DNA from: a virus
Virus record (IMG/VR): IMGVR_UViG_3300009610_000003
Span: 1 to 64,000 of that record
DNA length: 64,000 nt
Strand: one strand, 5' to 3'
Program-made: the position numbers and the translations under genes
The notes under the pieces: generated by a model
What the model was told of the DNA's origin: nothing
Database searches by the model: none
What the model saw: the letters and a program-made list of their open reading frames with translations, nothing else
In this document: positions 17,713 to 27,400 of the stretch, one piece after another
How positions within the stretch are numbered: position 1 is the first letter of the stretch
How the letters are laid out: every line of letters starts with the position of its first letter

Positions 17713-20435
17713 AGGTAGCCTGCCTTTCGGTAATAATTCTCCATCCAGTCGCTCAGCCCCTCTTCACGCATCAGCTTGCCCAGCGTTGACTTGGCGTCAC
17801 TGACCCACCTGCGCCCCCCGGTCATCGTCATTTCAGTGGCAGAGGCCCACAACTCGGTGTCCGTATCGACAAAATATTGCGCCCACCTCTCTTCATGCGT
17901 CTTGTTGGGAATAGCCAAATATTTCTGGCGTATCTTCCTGCCCATGGCCACGAATTCGGGGTGCGCCCCACCACGCCCAGAACCGGTCAGGCGCTCCGCA
18001 TAATCTAGCTGGTGGCCCATTTCATGGGCGATGATCGTGGTGTGGTGCTGTTCCGTGTCCTCCGCTGACCAATTCATCAACTTGTGTGTCTTCTCAGCCT
18101 TCTTGCTCTTGTCCTCAAAGAAGCTGACGCGCTTGGTGAACGGGGAATAGAACGCCTCAGCACCTTTCGCCTTGATGAAACCCTTCACCGAGGAAAATTT
18201 CCCGTACACCTGCGGCTTGCCGATGGCCAAGGCCGCATTGACGAACTTGGTTGGCAGCTTGTTCATGCGCTCAACGAATTTCGCCTTGTATTTCGCACTG
18301 ACCGCGCCGTCCGACCATGAGACATCCGCTTCGGTGAGCTTGACCTTGGGTGGTGGCTTCGGCTTCGTCTTCCATGCACCGGAAGCTATTCTGGCATTCA
18401 CGGCAGCGATGGCGTCAGGGTCGGTGAGCTTTTTGAAATAACCCGCATTCATTTCGGAACTGGGGCCTATGGCGATGATGTCATCGTCATCCAGATCAGC
18501 GAGGGTCTTCACCTTCGGTGTCGTGGCGGCAGGGGCCGACGCGGGGGCGGGGGCGGGCGGGGATGGCTTGGGCACTGCAAGCGGCGGCTTCGGCCCGCCC
18601 GGCGTCACGTCGATGATCTTGACCGGAACCCGGATGCCGCTGGCCAGCCCCGTCCAGATGCGGCTTTGCCCAGCCATCAGGCGCAGCGTGTTGCCGCTCT
18701 TCAGGACGATGGGGGGCGTGGTGACGCCATTGTAGAAGCGATCCCTGATCGCCTTGGGGTCACGCCTGAGATGCAGCTTCTGATACACCTCGTCGTAGGT
18801 CATCAGCTTCTTGGTGTTGACGCTGGTGTACTGAAGGCCGTCATACTCGTCGTTCGTCAGGTAGGTCAGCGGCGCTTCCTTGTAGCGCTGGTTGAAATCG
18901 GCTTGGTCTTTGATCGTGTTGCCACCCTTGCTCTGAACCCACGCATGGCCGCCATACGTGTGGTATTCCTTCTTGAATTCCCACTCTAGGCCCTTGTCGC
19001 CTTCATCGACCATTCGGTTCGCAGGCATGTCCACCAGTTCGTCGGCCTTGTAGCGGTGGTTGTTGGGCATCGGCTTCGGCAGGCCCTCGCCCGGCACGAC
19101 TTCAGCCTTGGGCGCTGCGGGCTCAGGCGGGGCCGCTGGCGCGGGTTTGGGTGCTGGGGGTGCCACCGGCTCGGGTTTGGGCACAACAGGCGCTGGCGGC
19201 TCTGCCTTGGGCGCTGGCGGGGCCGCTGGCTCGGCATCCGGCTTCAGATGCGCGTTGGCAATGTCCTTGTCGCGCTGCTTGTTCAGGAACTGGCCCAGCT
19301 TGCCCTTGGGGGCCAGCACCACGGCCTCGCTCTCCCAGCCGTGGTCGAGCGGCGTGCCACCCTCGCGCACGGCGGTGTAGTAGCGCGCCACCGAGGTGTC
19401 GCCTTCGAAATCCCCGGCATGGCCGGTTATCCGAACCTTGAGCCCGGTTTCCTCGTAGGCTTCCTTGATCGCGTTGGCCTGCAAGCTCAGGCCCTTTTCC
19501 TGTGAACCCTTCGGGAACGTGTGCTTGTAGCCGCCATACGCGCCCTTCGGCTTGGCCAGCCAGACGCGGCCATCGGGCTCAACGATCAACACGCCGCTGC
19601 CCGGCTTCTTGCCCTTGGTGACCAGCGGCGGTTCGACCAGACCGGGCATCTGGCCTTCGACATCCGCCCACTTGTCATCGGCAGGCGGCTTCCATGGCTT
19701 CAGCGGCACGCCGTTCAGTTCAGGGTCGGTGATCGTGCCGCCCTTGGTATAGGTCACCACCTCGTCGGAAACGACAGGCTTGGCTGGCGCTGCTGGCGCT
19801 TCCGGGGGCTTCGCGGGTGGGGGTGGTTCCACCTCCACGGGCTTAGGAAGTGGAGGCGGTTCGACATCCACCTGCTTAGGGGGTGGAGGTGGCGGGGCCA
19901 CCTCGTCCTTGATTGCTTTCAGTCGCCCGGTAGCGCCAGCAGGGTTGATTTCCGACACCGAGGAAGTCGTCGCCGTCTTCACTGCCTTGAAGTCGGCGGG
20001 GTCGTGGATGGTGATGAAGCCCTTCTTGCGGTCATACGCTAGGTCTTCGTTCCAGCCACCCGCCGCCTTGAACTCGGCGACGGTCATGCCTTCCTTGTAC
20101 TGGGCGAAGCGCACTTCAGCCGCCGTGCCCGGCTTCTTCGGGTTGGCTGTGACATGCAACTTGATCTGGTCGCCACCGGTCACGCGCTTGGTCTTGGCGC
20201 TGACCAGCCACTCGGCCTTGTTGGGGCTCTCGGTCGAAACCGCGTGCTTGCCGCTCTTGAGGCCGACGCCCATGCCGACGCTCTTCTTGGGCGCTTCGGC
20301 CATGCCGGGTTTGTTCGCGAACTTCCCGCCGATGTCGCGTTTGTGCTTGCTCTCTTCGAACTTGGCGCGGGCGAGCGCCGCGCCCCCGGCGAGCTTGACG
20401 CCGCCTTTCTTGGTCTTGGCACGCGGCCTTCTCAT
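17709..20435 (-). CDS. multidomain protein: Nudix hydrolase + ParB/Srx-like + HExxH metallopeptidase
   Basis: FPKG...AIKEAYEETGL Nudix box; PPIVL...LMAGQSR; IAHEMGHQLD...ELWA; Pro-rich linkers. Confidence 0.82.
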   Translation of the reverse strand: MRRPRAKTKKGGVKLAGGAALARAKFEESKHKRDIGGKFANKPGMAEAPKKSVGMGVGLKSGKHAVSTESPNKAEWLVSAKTKRVTGGDQIKLHVTANPKKPGTAAEVRFAQYKEGMTVAEFKAAGGWNEDLAYDRKKGFITIHDPADFKAVKTATTSSVSEINPAGATGRLKAIKDEVAPPPPPPKQVDVEPPPLPKPVEVEPPPPAKPPEAPAAPAKPVVSDEVVTYTKGGTITDPELNGVPLKPWKPPADDKWADVEGQMPGLVEPPLVTKGKKPGSGVLIVEPDGRVWLAKPKGAYGGYKHTFPKGSQEKGLSLQANAIKEAYEETGLKVRITGHAGDFEGDTSVARYYTAVREGGTPLDHGWESEAVVLAPKGKLGQFLNKQRDKDIANAHLKPDAEPAAPPAPKAEPPAPVVPKPEPVAPPAPKPAPAAPPEPAAPKAEVVPGEGLPKPMPNNHRYKADELVDMPANRMVDEGDKGLEWEFKKEYHTYGGHAWVQSKGGNTIKDQADFNQRYKEAPLTYLTNDEYDGLQYTSVNTKKLMTYDEVYQKLHLRRDPKAIRDRFYNGVTTPPIVLKSGNTLRLMAGQSRIWTGLASGIRVPVKIIDVTPGGPKPPLAVPKPSPPAPAPASAPAATTPKVKTLADLDDDDIIAIGPSSEMNAGYFKKLTDPDAIAAVNARIASGAWKTKPKPPPKVKLTEADVSWSDGAVSAKYKAKFVERMNKLPTKFVNAALAIGKPQVYGKFSSVKGFIKAKGAEAFYSPFTKRVSFFEDKSKKAEKTHKLMNWSAEDTEQHHTTIIAHEMGHQLDYAERLTGSGRGGAHPEFVAMGRKIRQKYLAIPNKTHEERWAQYFVDTDTELWASATEMTMTGGRRWVSDAKSTLGKLMREEGLSDWMENYYRKAGYL

Positions 20436-21064
20436 GGGGCTATCGGGGGTGGCGGGTCGAACGGCCAGTAGAGGTCATCGGTGTAGTCCATGGGGATGGG
20501 GTCTAGGTCTTTCAGCGACCGGGCATTGCGGATCATCCGCTGTTTGAACCGCAGCATGAACTGCGCCAGATTGCGCACATCGTAAGCGGTCATGGGCAGG
20601 TGGAAATTGTCGGCAGTGATCCAGTAATAGTCCGTGCCCGTGTCGCCGCCGCCACCGGGCGGGGCCTTGGTGACTGCCTGTTGCTGCCACGAATAGTCGA
20701 AATCGCCAGCGCCTTGGGCGATGGCCGTATCGGCGGCCTGCATGGCGTCCATGATATTGCGCTGGCTGAACTCGTCGCTCTGGAAGCGGTGACCCATGAA
20801 GTCGAAGCCCCCGGTTATGCGCCGGTCGCGTTCCATGTTGACCTGATCGCCCCTGATCGGCGGTGCGACGTAAGGGTCGATGACGCCGCCGCCTTCGATG
20901 TAGGCAAGCCAGTCGCCGACCTGACTTTGGTCGGTCAGCGCCCAGATGCCGCCTTCGGCATCGACCGCCTGCACCTGCCGGGGCGGTGGCAACGCATCGA
21001 CCATCAGCGGGTTCACGTACAGGTCGGGTTCCGGGGAAGTGTATCTGGCCGAGACATAGGGCAT
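20432..21064 (-). CDS. DUF4376-like fibre-associated protein
   Basis: VNMERDRRI..GF, FQSD..SQ.NI, WITADN, IPMDYTDDLYWP. Confidence 0.75.
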   Translation of the reverse strand: MPYVSARYTSPEPDLYVNPLMVDALPPPRQVQAVDAEGGIWALTDQSQVGDWLAYIEGGGVIDPYVAPPIRGDQVNMERDRRITGGFDFMGHRFQSDEFSQRNIMDAMQAADTAIAQGAGDFDYSWQQQAVTKAPPGGGGDTGTDYYWITADNFHLPMTAYDVRNLAQFMLRFKQRMIRNARSLKDLDPIPMDYTDDLYWPFDPPPPIAP

Positions 21065-21066
21065 GG

Positions 21067-22197
21067 CTATCTCGCATTATTGGCGATGTACAAAGTGCCA
21101 CCGACAGCTTGGTCTTGAATAGCGGCGCGGCCCAGATTTGTCGCTGCCGCCGTGCTGCCGTCGATTTCGTCATTGAAGGGGTTCGCGTAAGAGGTGGTGA
21201 CACCAAGAAGGTTCGTATTGACCCCCTGATCGTAGATCGTGGGCGGCCCCACGATTGAAAGCGCCCCACCAGCACGCATCTGCACCGTGTGCTGCGTTCC
21301 GAGGCGGCCCACCGCCGTGGTTGCCACGCCAATGCCGCATCCGCCCTGCGACTTGTGCCAATGCCGCAGGGCGTCCATATGCGCCTGCCCCTCGTCAACC
21401 AGCAGATGCGGCGGGGCACGGCCCGTCAGGTCAGGGTCCATGTAAAGGCCGACATCGGCAAGTTGGAAGGTGTTACCGGTAGCAAACCCATTGGTGATGC
21501 CCGTGGGCGCAAGAAGGCTCCCCGCCGCCCAAACCCCCGGCGTCGATATGAGCGCCGTGTAGCCGCAGCCGAAGCAGAAATAGAAATTAATGGCGTGAGG
21601 GGTATTGTCCTTTGGCCAAACGCCTGTGACATCACCGGGAATAACTACCGAATATTCCACAAATTGATTGATGGTAGAAATCGTGTATTGAAAAACATAG
21701 CTGCGATTTGCAGCCGCGTTCCTGAAGCCACCGCCAAAAGTGCCAGCAACAGTGCTCTGTAGATAGAACCGCAATACTACCTGCTTTGCCTTAGCCGTCC
21801 CCCATTCCAAAGACGTGACCCGATTACCTTCCAGACCTGTGCCAATTAAATAATAATCAGTTGCCCCCAGTGTCGGTTTAACACTTGGTGCGTTGACCGG
21901 CATATAGAGTTTATACTGCGAACCCGTAAGGGGTAAACGAAAACCTTGTCGTTGCAGGTTTGTTGATATGCCGCTTAACGATACAACCCACTGATCCGCC
22001 GGGTAATAAGCATTGACACTGGACACTACGTCGCCATTTTGCTGGCTGACCTGCATGGAACCGTTTACGATATAATTGAACGGCAGCGCCGTCCCCAACT
22101 GGGTCGCGTTCCATGTCGTGCCGTCCCAGATATAGCGAACCGTGCCGCTATCGAATTTCTGGCCGATTGCCGGGCTAGATGGGAAATTTAGCGCCAT
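21067..22197 (-). CDS. receptor-binding/fibre tip-like protein, paralogue 3
   Basis: ALNFPSSP N-terminus; NYIVNGSMQVSQ...DQW beta-sandwich; ADVGLY. Confidence 0.65.
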   Translation of the reverse strand: MALNFPSSPAIGQKFDSGTVRYIWDGTTWNATQLGTALPFNYIVNGSMQVSQQNGDVVSSVNAYYPADQWVVSLSGISTNLQRQGFRLPLTGSQYKLYMPVNAPSVKPTLGATDYYLIGTGLEGNRVTSLEWGTAKAKQVVLRFYLQSTVAGTFGGGFRNAAANRSYVFQYTISTINQFVEYSVVIPGDVTGVWPKDNTPHAINFYFCFGCGYTALISTPGVWAAGSLLAPTGITNGFATGNTFQLADVGLYMDPDLTGRAPPHLLVDEGQAHMDALRHWHKSQGGCGIGVATTAVGRLGTQHTVQMRAGGALSIVGPPTIYDQGVNTNLLGVTTSYANPFNDEIDGSTAAATNLGRAAIQDQAVGGTLYIANNAR

Positions 22198-23331
22198 TCA
22201 ATGCCTCGCGCTAATGGCAAAGTAAGACGCTTCGGTCTGATAATACTGGATGCCCACGCGGCCCGGTGTGAAACCACCCGCCGAACAGGACACATCGAAC
22301 TCGCAGACGTATTCATTGCCCTGCGCTGACATCGAAGTCGCCGTGGGCGTGACACCGGCATCGTATATCTTTGGCGTGCCGACTATGCTGCCTGCGGGCG
22401 GGACGCGCATCGGCGCTGCGTGCTGAGCGCCGCCACGGTACATGGAAGCGGTGTCACCATGCCCTCCGCGCAAGGTGTATTGCCTGTACCAGTAGCGCTG
22501 GCAGCGGCGCAGTTCCTGAGCAAAATCGGGCAGTTCCCACGCGGGGGCGACGCCCGTCTTGTAAGGGTCCATGTACAAGCCGACATCGAACAGGTCGTAT
22601 GTCGCTGCGGATGTGGCCAGACCATTGGAATTGCTGGCGGTGCCATTCCGGCTGTTGGCTTGCCAACCGGCCACCCCCTGAACATTCGAACCTGCGGCGA
22701 GTGCCACGCCGAATTGCAGTCCGATATTGGCGCTGTCGATTGGCCATGTCCCGGTCGTATCGCCGGGAATGACGAACGTCTGCTCGGTGTCGGTGTTGGC
22801 CTGCCCGGCGCTGATCGTGAAATTGGCGACGTAGCTGCGCACCGTTGAATGGTTCTTGACAAAGATGCTGTACGTGCCTGCCGGGGCTCTGAACCCGAAC
22901 CGCAAGATGATCTGCTGTGCCGCAGCGCTTCCGAATTTAAGCTCGGCACAGCGAACGCCTTCAATGCGGTGCTGCATGGACAAATAATCAGGTGCATCCA
23001 GCGTGGCGTCGGGAGTTACAATTACAAAACGAAGTCTATGTAACGAACCACGTGGCGTAGTTAACAAATGCTGTGCCACTGAGGCAACACCCGTGCTGGT
23101 AAAGAAGATATACCATTGGTCAACTATCACTGCGGCGCTGCCGCTAACCACGACTGTGTTGCCATATTGTTGGCTGATCTGCATCGCTGGGTTGACGACA
23201 TAGTTCTTGGGCAACGCCGTGGTCATCGGCGCAGCGCCCCAGTAACTGCCATCGTACACAAATGACCTGCCGGGGCTGGCGTTGAATACCTGCCCAGCTA
23301 CTGGCGAAGATGGAAAATCAATCGCCATCAC
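22198..23331 (-). CDS. receptor-binding/fibre tip-like protein, paralogue 2
   Basis: AIDFPSSP; NYVVNPAMQISQ; ELRRCQRYW. Confidence 0.65.
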   Translation of the reverse strand: MMAIDFPSSPVAGQVFNASPGRSFVYDGSYWGAAPMTTALPKNYVVNPAMQISQQYGNTVVVSGSAAVIVDQWYIFFTSTGVASVAQHLLTTPRGSLHRLRFVIVTPDATLDAPDYLSMQHRIEGVRCAELKFGSAAAQQIILRFGFRAPAGTYSIFVKNHSTVRSYVANFTISAGQANTDTEQTFVIPGDTTGTWPIDSANIGLQFGVALAAGSNVQGVAGWQANSRNGTASNSNGLATSAATYDLFDVGLYMDPYKTGVAPAWELPDFAQELRRCQRYWYRQYTLRGGHGDTASMYRGGAQHAAPMRVPPAGSIVGTPKIYDAGVTPTATSMSAQGNEYVCEFDVSCSAGGFTPGRVGIQYYQTEASYFAISARH

Positions 23332-24464
23332 ATCCTCGCGTTCACGGCAATGTATTTGGTGTACTGGACGCCATCCGAGAGTTGCATGGCGGGTCGTCCC
23401 AGAACGAACGTGCCTGCCGTGACCATCACCGCATACAGCGCCATGTTGTTGGACGGGTTGGACGAAATCGACGTGATCGTCGGAGCCACAGTAGTGTCAT
23501 AGAGCCGTGGCGCACCGACAATCGACAGGGCCGGGGCGATGCGCATCGGCACCGGATGCACGGCCTGCACGTGCCCTTGCAGCGTTCCACTGATCACGCC
23601 ACGCGACATGAAGCACGGATACCAGTAGCGCTGGCAGTCGGCCAAATCGTCTTCGTAATTCGGAACGATGAACTCGGGCGCAAGGCCAGTGTTATTCGGA
23701 TCAACCCACAGCCCGACATCGGCTATCCGGTGACCATTGCCCGCTGCCGCAGTGATGCCGTTCGTCATACCGGCGATGCCGAGATGATTGCCCGCCTGCC
23801 AGCCCGCGACACCGCTGCCGTAGGTCGTGCCGCAGGCAAAGACAAAATTGATTATCATAGCCATGCCAGTATCCACGGTCCATGTAGTAAGTATATCGCC
23901 GGGAACTGAAATAACCACAGTCGTCCATGTATTCGCAACAAGTGTGAACGGGGCGAGAAACGAACGGGAACTGGTTCCATTCCGTATCGCAACTGTATAG
24001 GTGCCTGACTTCTCCGAATATGCCCTGAACCGCAGCACAGCGGCTCTGGCCAGACTTGAGGTTACCGGACCCCAGTTAAAATCTGCAATGCGCGTCCCTT
24101 CAATACGTTGACAATACGAATAATAATCGCCAGCGGCGAGCGTCGGCACAGCAACACTGACCGTCCCCGATATGCACCATCCGCCAACAGTGTTTACTGC
24201 ATCCGCAAGCCTTAAAATTGTCCCAGCCGCACCCGGACTTGCATCAAAAAACCACTGGTCAACGGGATAGCCCCCAATGCCAACCGGGGCGGCAGTAGGC
24301 TGCGCGATCTGGAACGTGGGGTTGACGATGCGATTGGGCCTGATGGCCGTACCCGCCGGGCGCGTCCATGCGCCCTTGGCCGTGCGGTACACGTAATTCG
24401 GCAAATTGCCACCGGGCCGCCACACATATCCATCAGTCGGGGACGATGGGAAATTCAGCGCCAT
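23328..24464 (-). CDS. receptor-binding/fibre tip-like protein, paralogue 1
   Basis: start re-assigned to MALNFPSSP, which abuts the fibre stop; NRIVNPTFQIAQ; DCQRYW. Confidence 0.65.
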   Translation of the reverse strand: MALNFPSSPTDGYVWRPGGNLPNYVYRTAKGAWTRPAGTAIRPNRIVNPTFQIAQPTAAPVGIGGYPVDQWFFDASPGAAGTILRLADAVNTVGGWCISGTVSVAVPTLAAGDYYSYCQRIEGTRIADFNWGPVTSSLARAAVLRFRAYSEKSGTYTVAIRNGTSSRSFLAPFTLVANTWTTVVISVPGDILTTWTVDTGMAMIINFVFACGTTYGSGVAGWQAGNHLGIAGMTNGITAAAGNGHRIADVGLWVDPNNTGLAPEFIVPNYEDDLADCQRYWYPCFMSRGVISGTLQGHVQAVHPVPMRIAPALSIVGAPRLYDTTVAPTITSISSNPSNNMALYAVMVTAGTFVLGRPAMQLSDGVQYTKYIAVNARM

Positions 24465-27400
24465 CAGGTGCCCACCGTGTTGATCTGGACCCACTGATTG
24501 GACGTGCCATCCATGTAGTAGATGTAAAAATTGCCGTTCGCCGAGTTGAACCACATTTGCCCATTGACCGGGCTGGACGGCGCGGTGTCGCTTACATCCG
24601 CCGTGGCCTTGTCCATGAACGGCCCCTTGGTCACGGCATTGATGCGCGCATACAGGCCCGCTGTCGTCGTCCACAGGTCGCCATTGACCGGGGCCGAGGG
24701 CGCAACGCCATGCGGAAGGACGATGCCCGCCGCGCCCGTTGCGGACAGCACCGTGGTCACCTTGCCGGTCGCCGTCAGCGCGGCGACGGTCACCGTGCCG
24801 GTGAATGTCGGGCTCGCAAGGTTGGCCTTCAGATTGTCGGCGGTCGTGACGAAAGCGGTCGTCGCCAACTGCGTCGTGCTGGTCAACGCGGCGGCTGTCG
24901 GCGCAGCCGGGACGCCTGTGAAGGTCGGGCTCGCAAGCGGTGCGAAACTCGCCGCCACGAAAGCCGTGGTCGCCAACTGGGTCGTATTGGTGCCCGGCGC
25001 TGCCGTGGGCGCGTCAGGGGTGCCTGTGAAAACAGGGTCGGCCAGCGTCGCATATAGCTGCGCCTTCACATAGGCGGTCGTGGCAATCGACGTGTCGTTG
25101 TCGGCAGTGGCCGGGGTTGGGGCCTGTGGGTCACCAGTGAAGACCGGGCTTGCCAGATTGGCCTTGAGCGGGTCACTGACCACCGCACCCAGCGGCCCCA
25201 CGGTCACCGCGTTGATGCGCGCGTAGAGCCCCGCCGTGGTCGTCCACAGATCGCCGTTGACCGGGGAGGTCGGCGCGACCCCGTGGGGGATGTTCAGGCT
25301 GGCCAGCGCGGCCGTCCCCAACTCGGTCGTCACTTTGCCGGTGAACGTGGGGCTGGCGATATTCGCCTTGAGGTTGTCAGCCGTGGTGACGAACGCGGTC
25401 GTGGCAAGCTGGGTCGTGTTCGTCAACGCCGCCGCCGTGGGGGCCGCTGGCACGCCCGTGAACGTGGGTGAGGCTAGATTGGCCTTGAGGTTGTCCGCCG
25501 TGGTGACGAACGCAGTCGTCGCGATCTGCGTGGTGCTGGTGCCCGGCGCTGCCGTGACTGCGGTTGGGACGCCATCGCCATAGATGCTGTCATCAAGCGT
25601 GTCTACCGTACCGGCAACGTCGCCGGGGAAGGTGGTCGCGCTCAGCGCCGAAAGGCCGAAGATTTTGCCGCCTGTCAGCACGGAATAGCGCGGCCCGGTA
25701 ATCGGCCCAGTGGTGACGGCAATGCCTGCGTCAGCCGTGTAAATTGTCCCGCCTTGTATGGCATAGGCAAAGGCCACTGCGATAACAACGTTCGAAAACG
25801 TATCGGGTCGAACAGGGCAAACAATAATCCACGCAGTATCGCTGATGTATATGTAGCCATCAAGCGAGGCATAGAGAATATAGCTACAACCCGCCGTCAT
25901 AAGTGTGATATCGGCGGTGACTGTAATTCTTCCGCCCAAGGTCGCCTGTATGCTGGCGGAAGCGCCGGTGTGATTAAACGCCATACCCGCACCGACTGTA
26001 ACCTCAACACCAACGCCGGATGCCACTAGGGCGTTCAATACAGTGCCAATGCCCAACGTCAGATTATTAAGAGCAATCCTAGTAGTGGTTCCAGTAACAA
26101 GTACCTGCGATAAACCGGACGTTGCGTTGCTCACCCCATTGATCGAAACAGTGGTGACGCCAACCAGCTTGTCTTCGGCGGTCGAAATACTGGTCGTGAA
26201 CAGGCTTTGAATGGAAATGGTGACGGCAAACCCATTGCCATCAATCAGGCTCAGCGTGTTCCACGCTGCCTGCGGCGTGAGGAACGCCCCGGCTGCGTCG
26301 TTGGTCAGGCCGGTGTTGGTGTCCAACCCGTCCGAGCGCACATAGTAGGTGCGCGCCGCCGTCAGCTTCTCACGTGTCGTTGTCGTCACAAACGCCGTGG
26401 TCGCAAGCTGCGTCGTAGAGGTCCGCGCCGCCGCCGTAGGTGCGGCTGGCACGCCAGTGAATGTGGGGCTGGCGAGGTTCGCCTTCAGGTTGTCTGCCGT
26501 GGTGACGAACGCCGTGGTCGCGAGTTGCGTCGTATTGGTCAACGCGGCAGCGGTCGGTGCGGCAGGCACGCCCGTGAACGTGGGCGAGGCGAGCGGCGCA
26601 TATGCCTGTGCTTTCACAAAGGCGGTGGTGGCTATGCTGGTGTCGTTGTCGGCGGTCGCGGGCGTAGGTGCCTGCGGGTCGCCCGTGAAAACAGGGGAAG
26701 CGAGGTTCGCCTTGGTCGTCGTGTCGGACGGTAGGATGATGAAGTTGACGCGATCAGCGTTGGCGATGGCGACGCCGCCCGAGCTTTCCAGCGTCAGCGT
26801 GATCGTCCAGTAGGTCGTGCTGTCCACCAGCGGCGCGGTCACCCGGAAGATGTGCCACGTGGTTGGCGCATCCTGATTGACGATGCCGACCCGCGCCCCG
26901 GTGGTGATCATTTCCGGCATGGTCAGCGTGGTGTCCAGCACGCTCAGATCGGTCTTGAACAGCCACGCCGTGGTCACCGAGGCCATGGTCGCCGAGTTCA
27001 CCCGGAACTGGCCAGTCGTCGGCGGTGCGACGATTTCCGTGCGCCACTCGTACTGTCTCGTCGTCAGCGGGTTGGCGTACTTGAAGAAATCTTCCCAGAC
27101 CGCGTTGCGCCGGAAATAGAAGCGGCTGTCCGAAGCCGCATCGCTGACCTTCAGCGCCATGTTCGCCTGCACGTGGGCGGTCGTGGCCAGCGTCGTGGTG
27201 TTGTCGGCGGTCGCAGGCGTCGGCGCTGCCGGGGTGCCTGTGAAGGTCGGGCTGGCAAGGTTCGCCTTGAGCGCATCGGCAGTCGTCACGAAAGCGGTCG
27301 TGGCAAGCTGCGTCGTGCTGGTGAGCGCGGCAGCGGTCGGCGCTGCGGGAACGCCCGTGAAGGTCGGGCTCGCCAAGGGGGCCTTGAGCCCGAGGTCGGT

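Noticed and set aside
18610-18760. Plasmid-prophage partition system based on the ParB-like segment
   Set aside because: Only an isolated ParB/Srx-like domain inside a multidomain protein; no ParA or helix-turn-helix in the window
21067-24464. Diversity-generating retroelement acting on the tip paralogues
   Set aside because: No reverse transcriptase and no near-identical template/variable repeat pair differing only at adenines was seen
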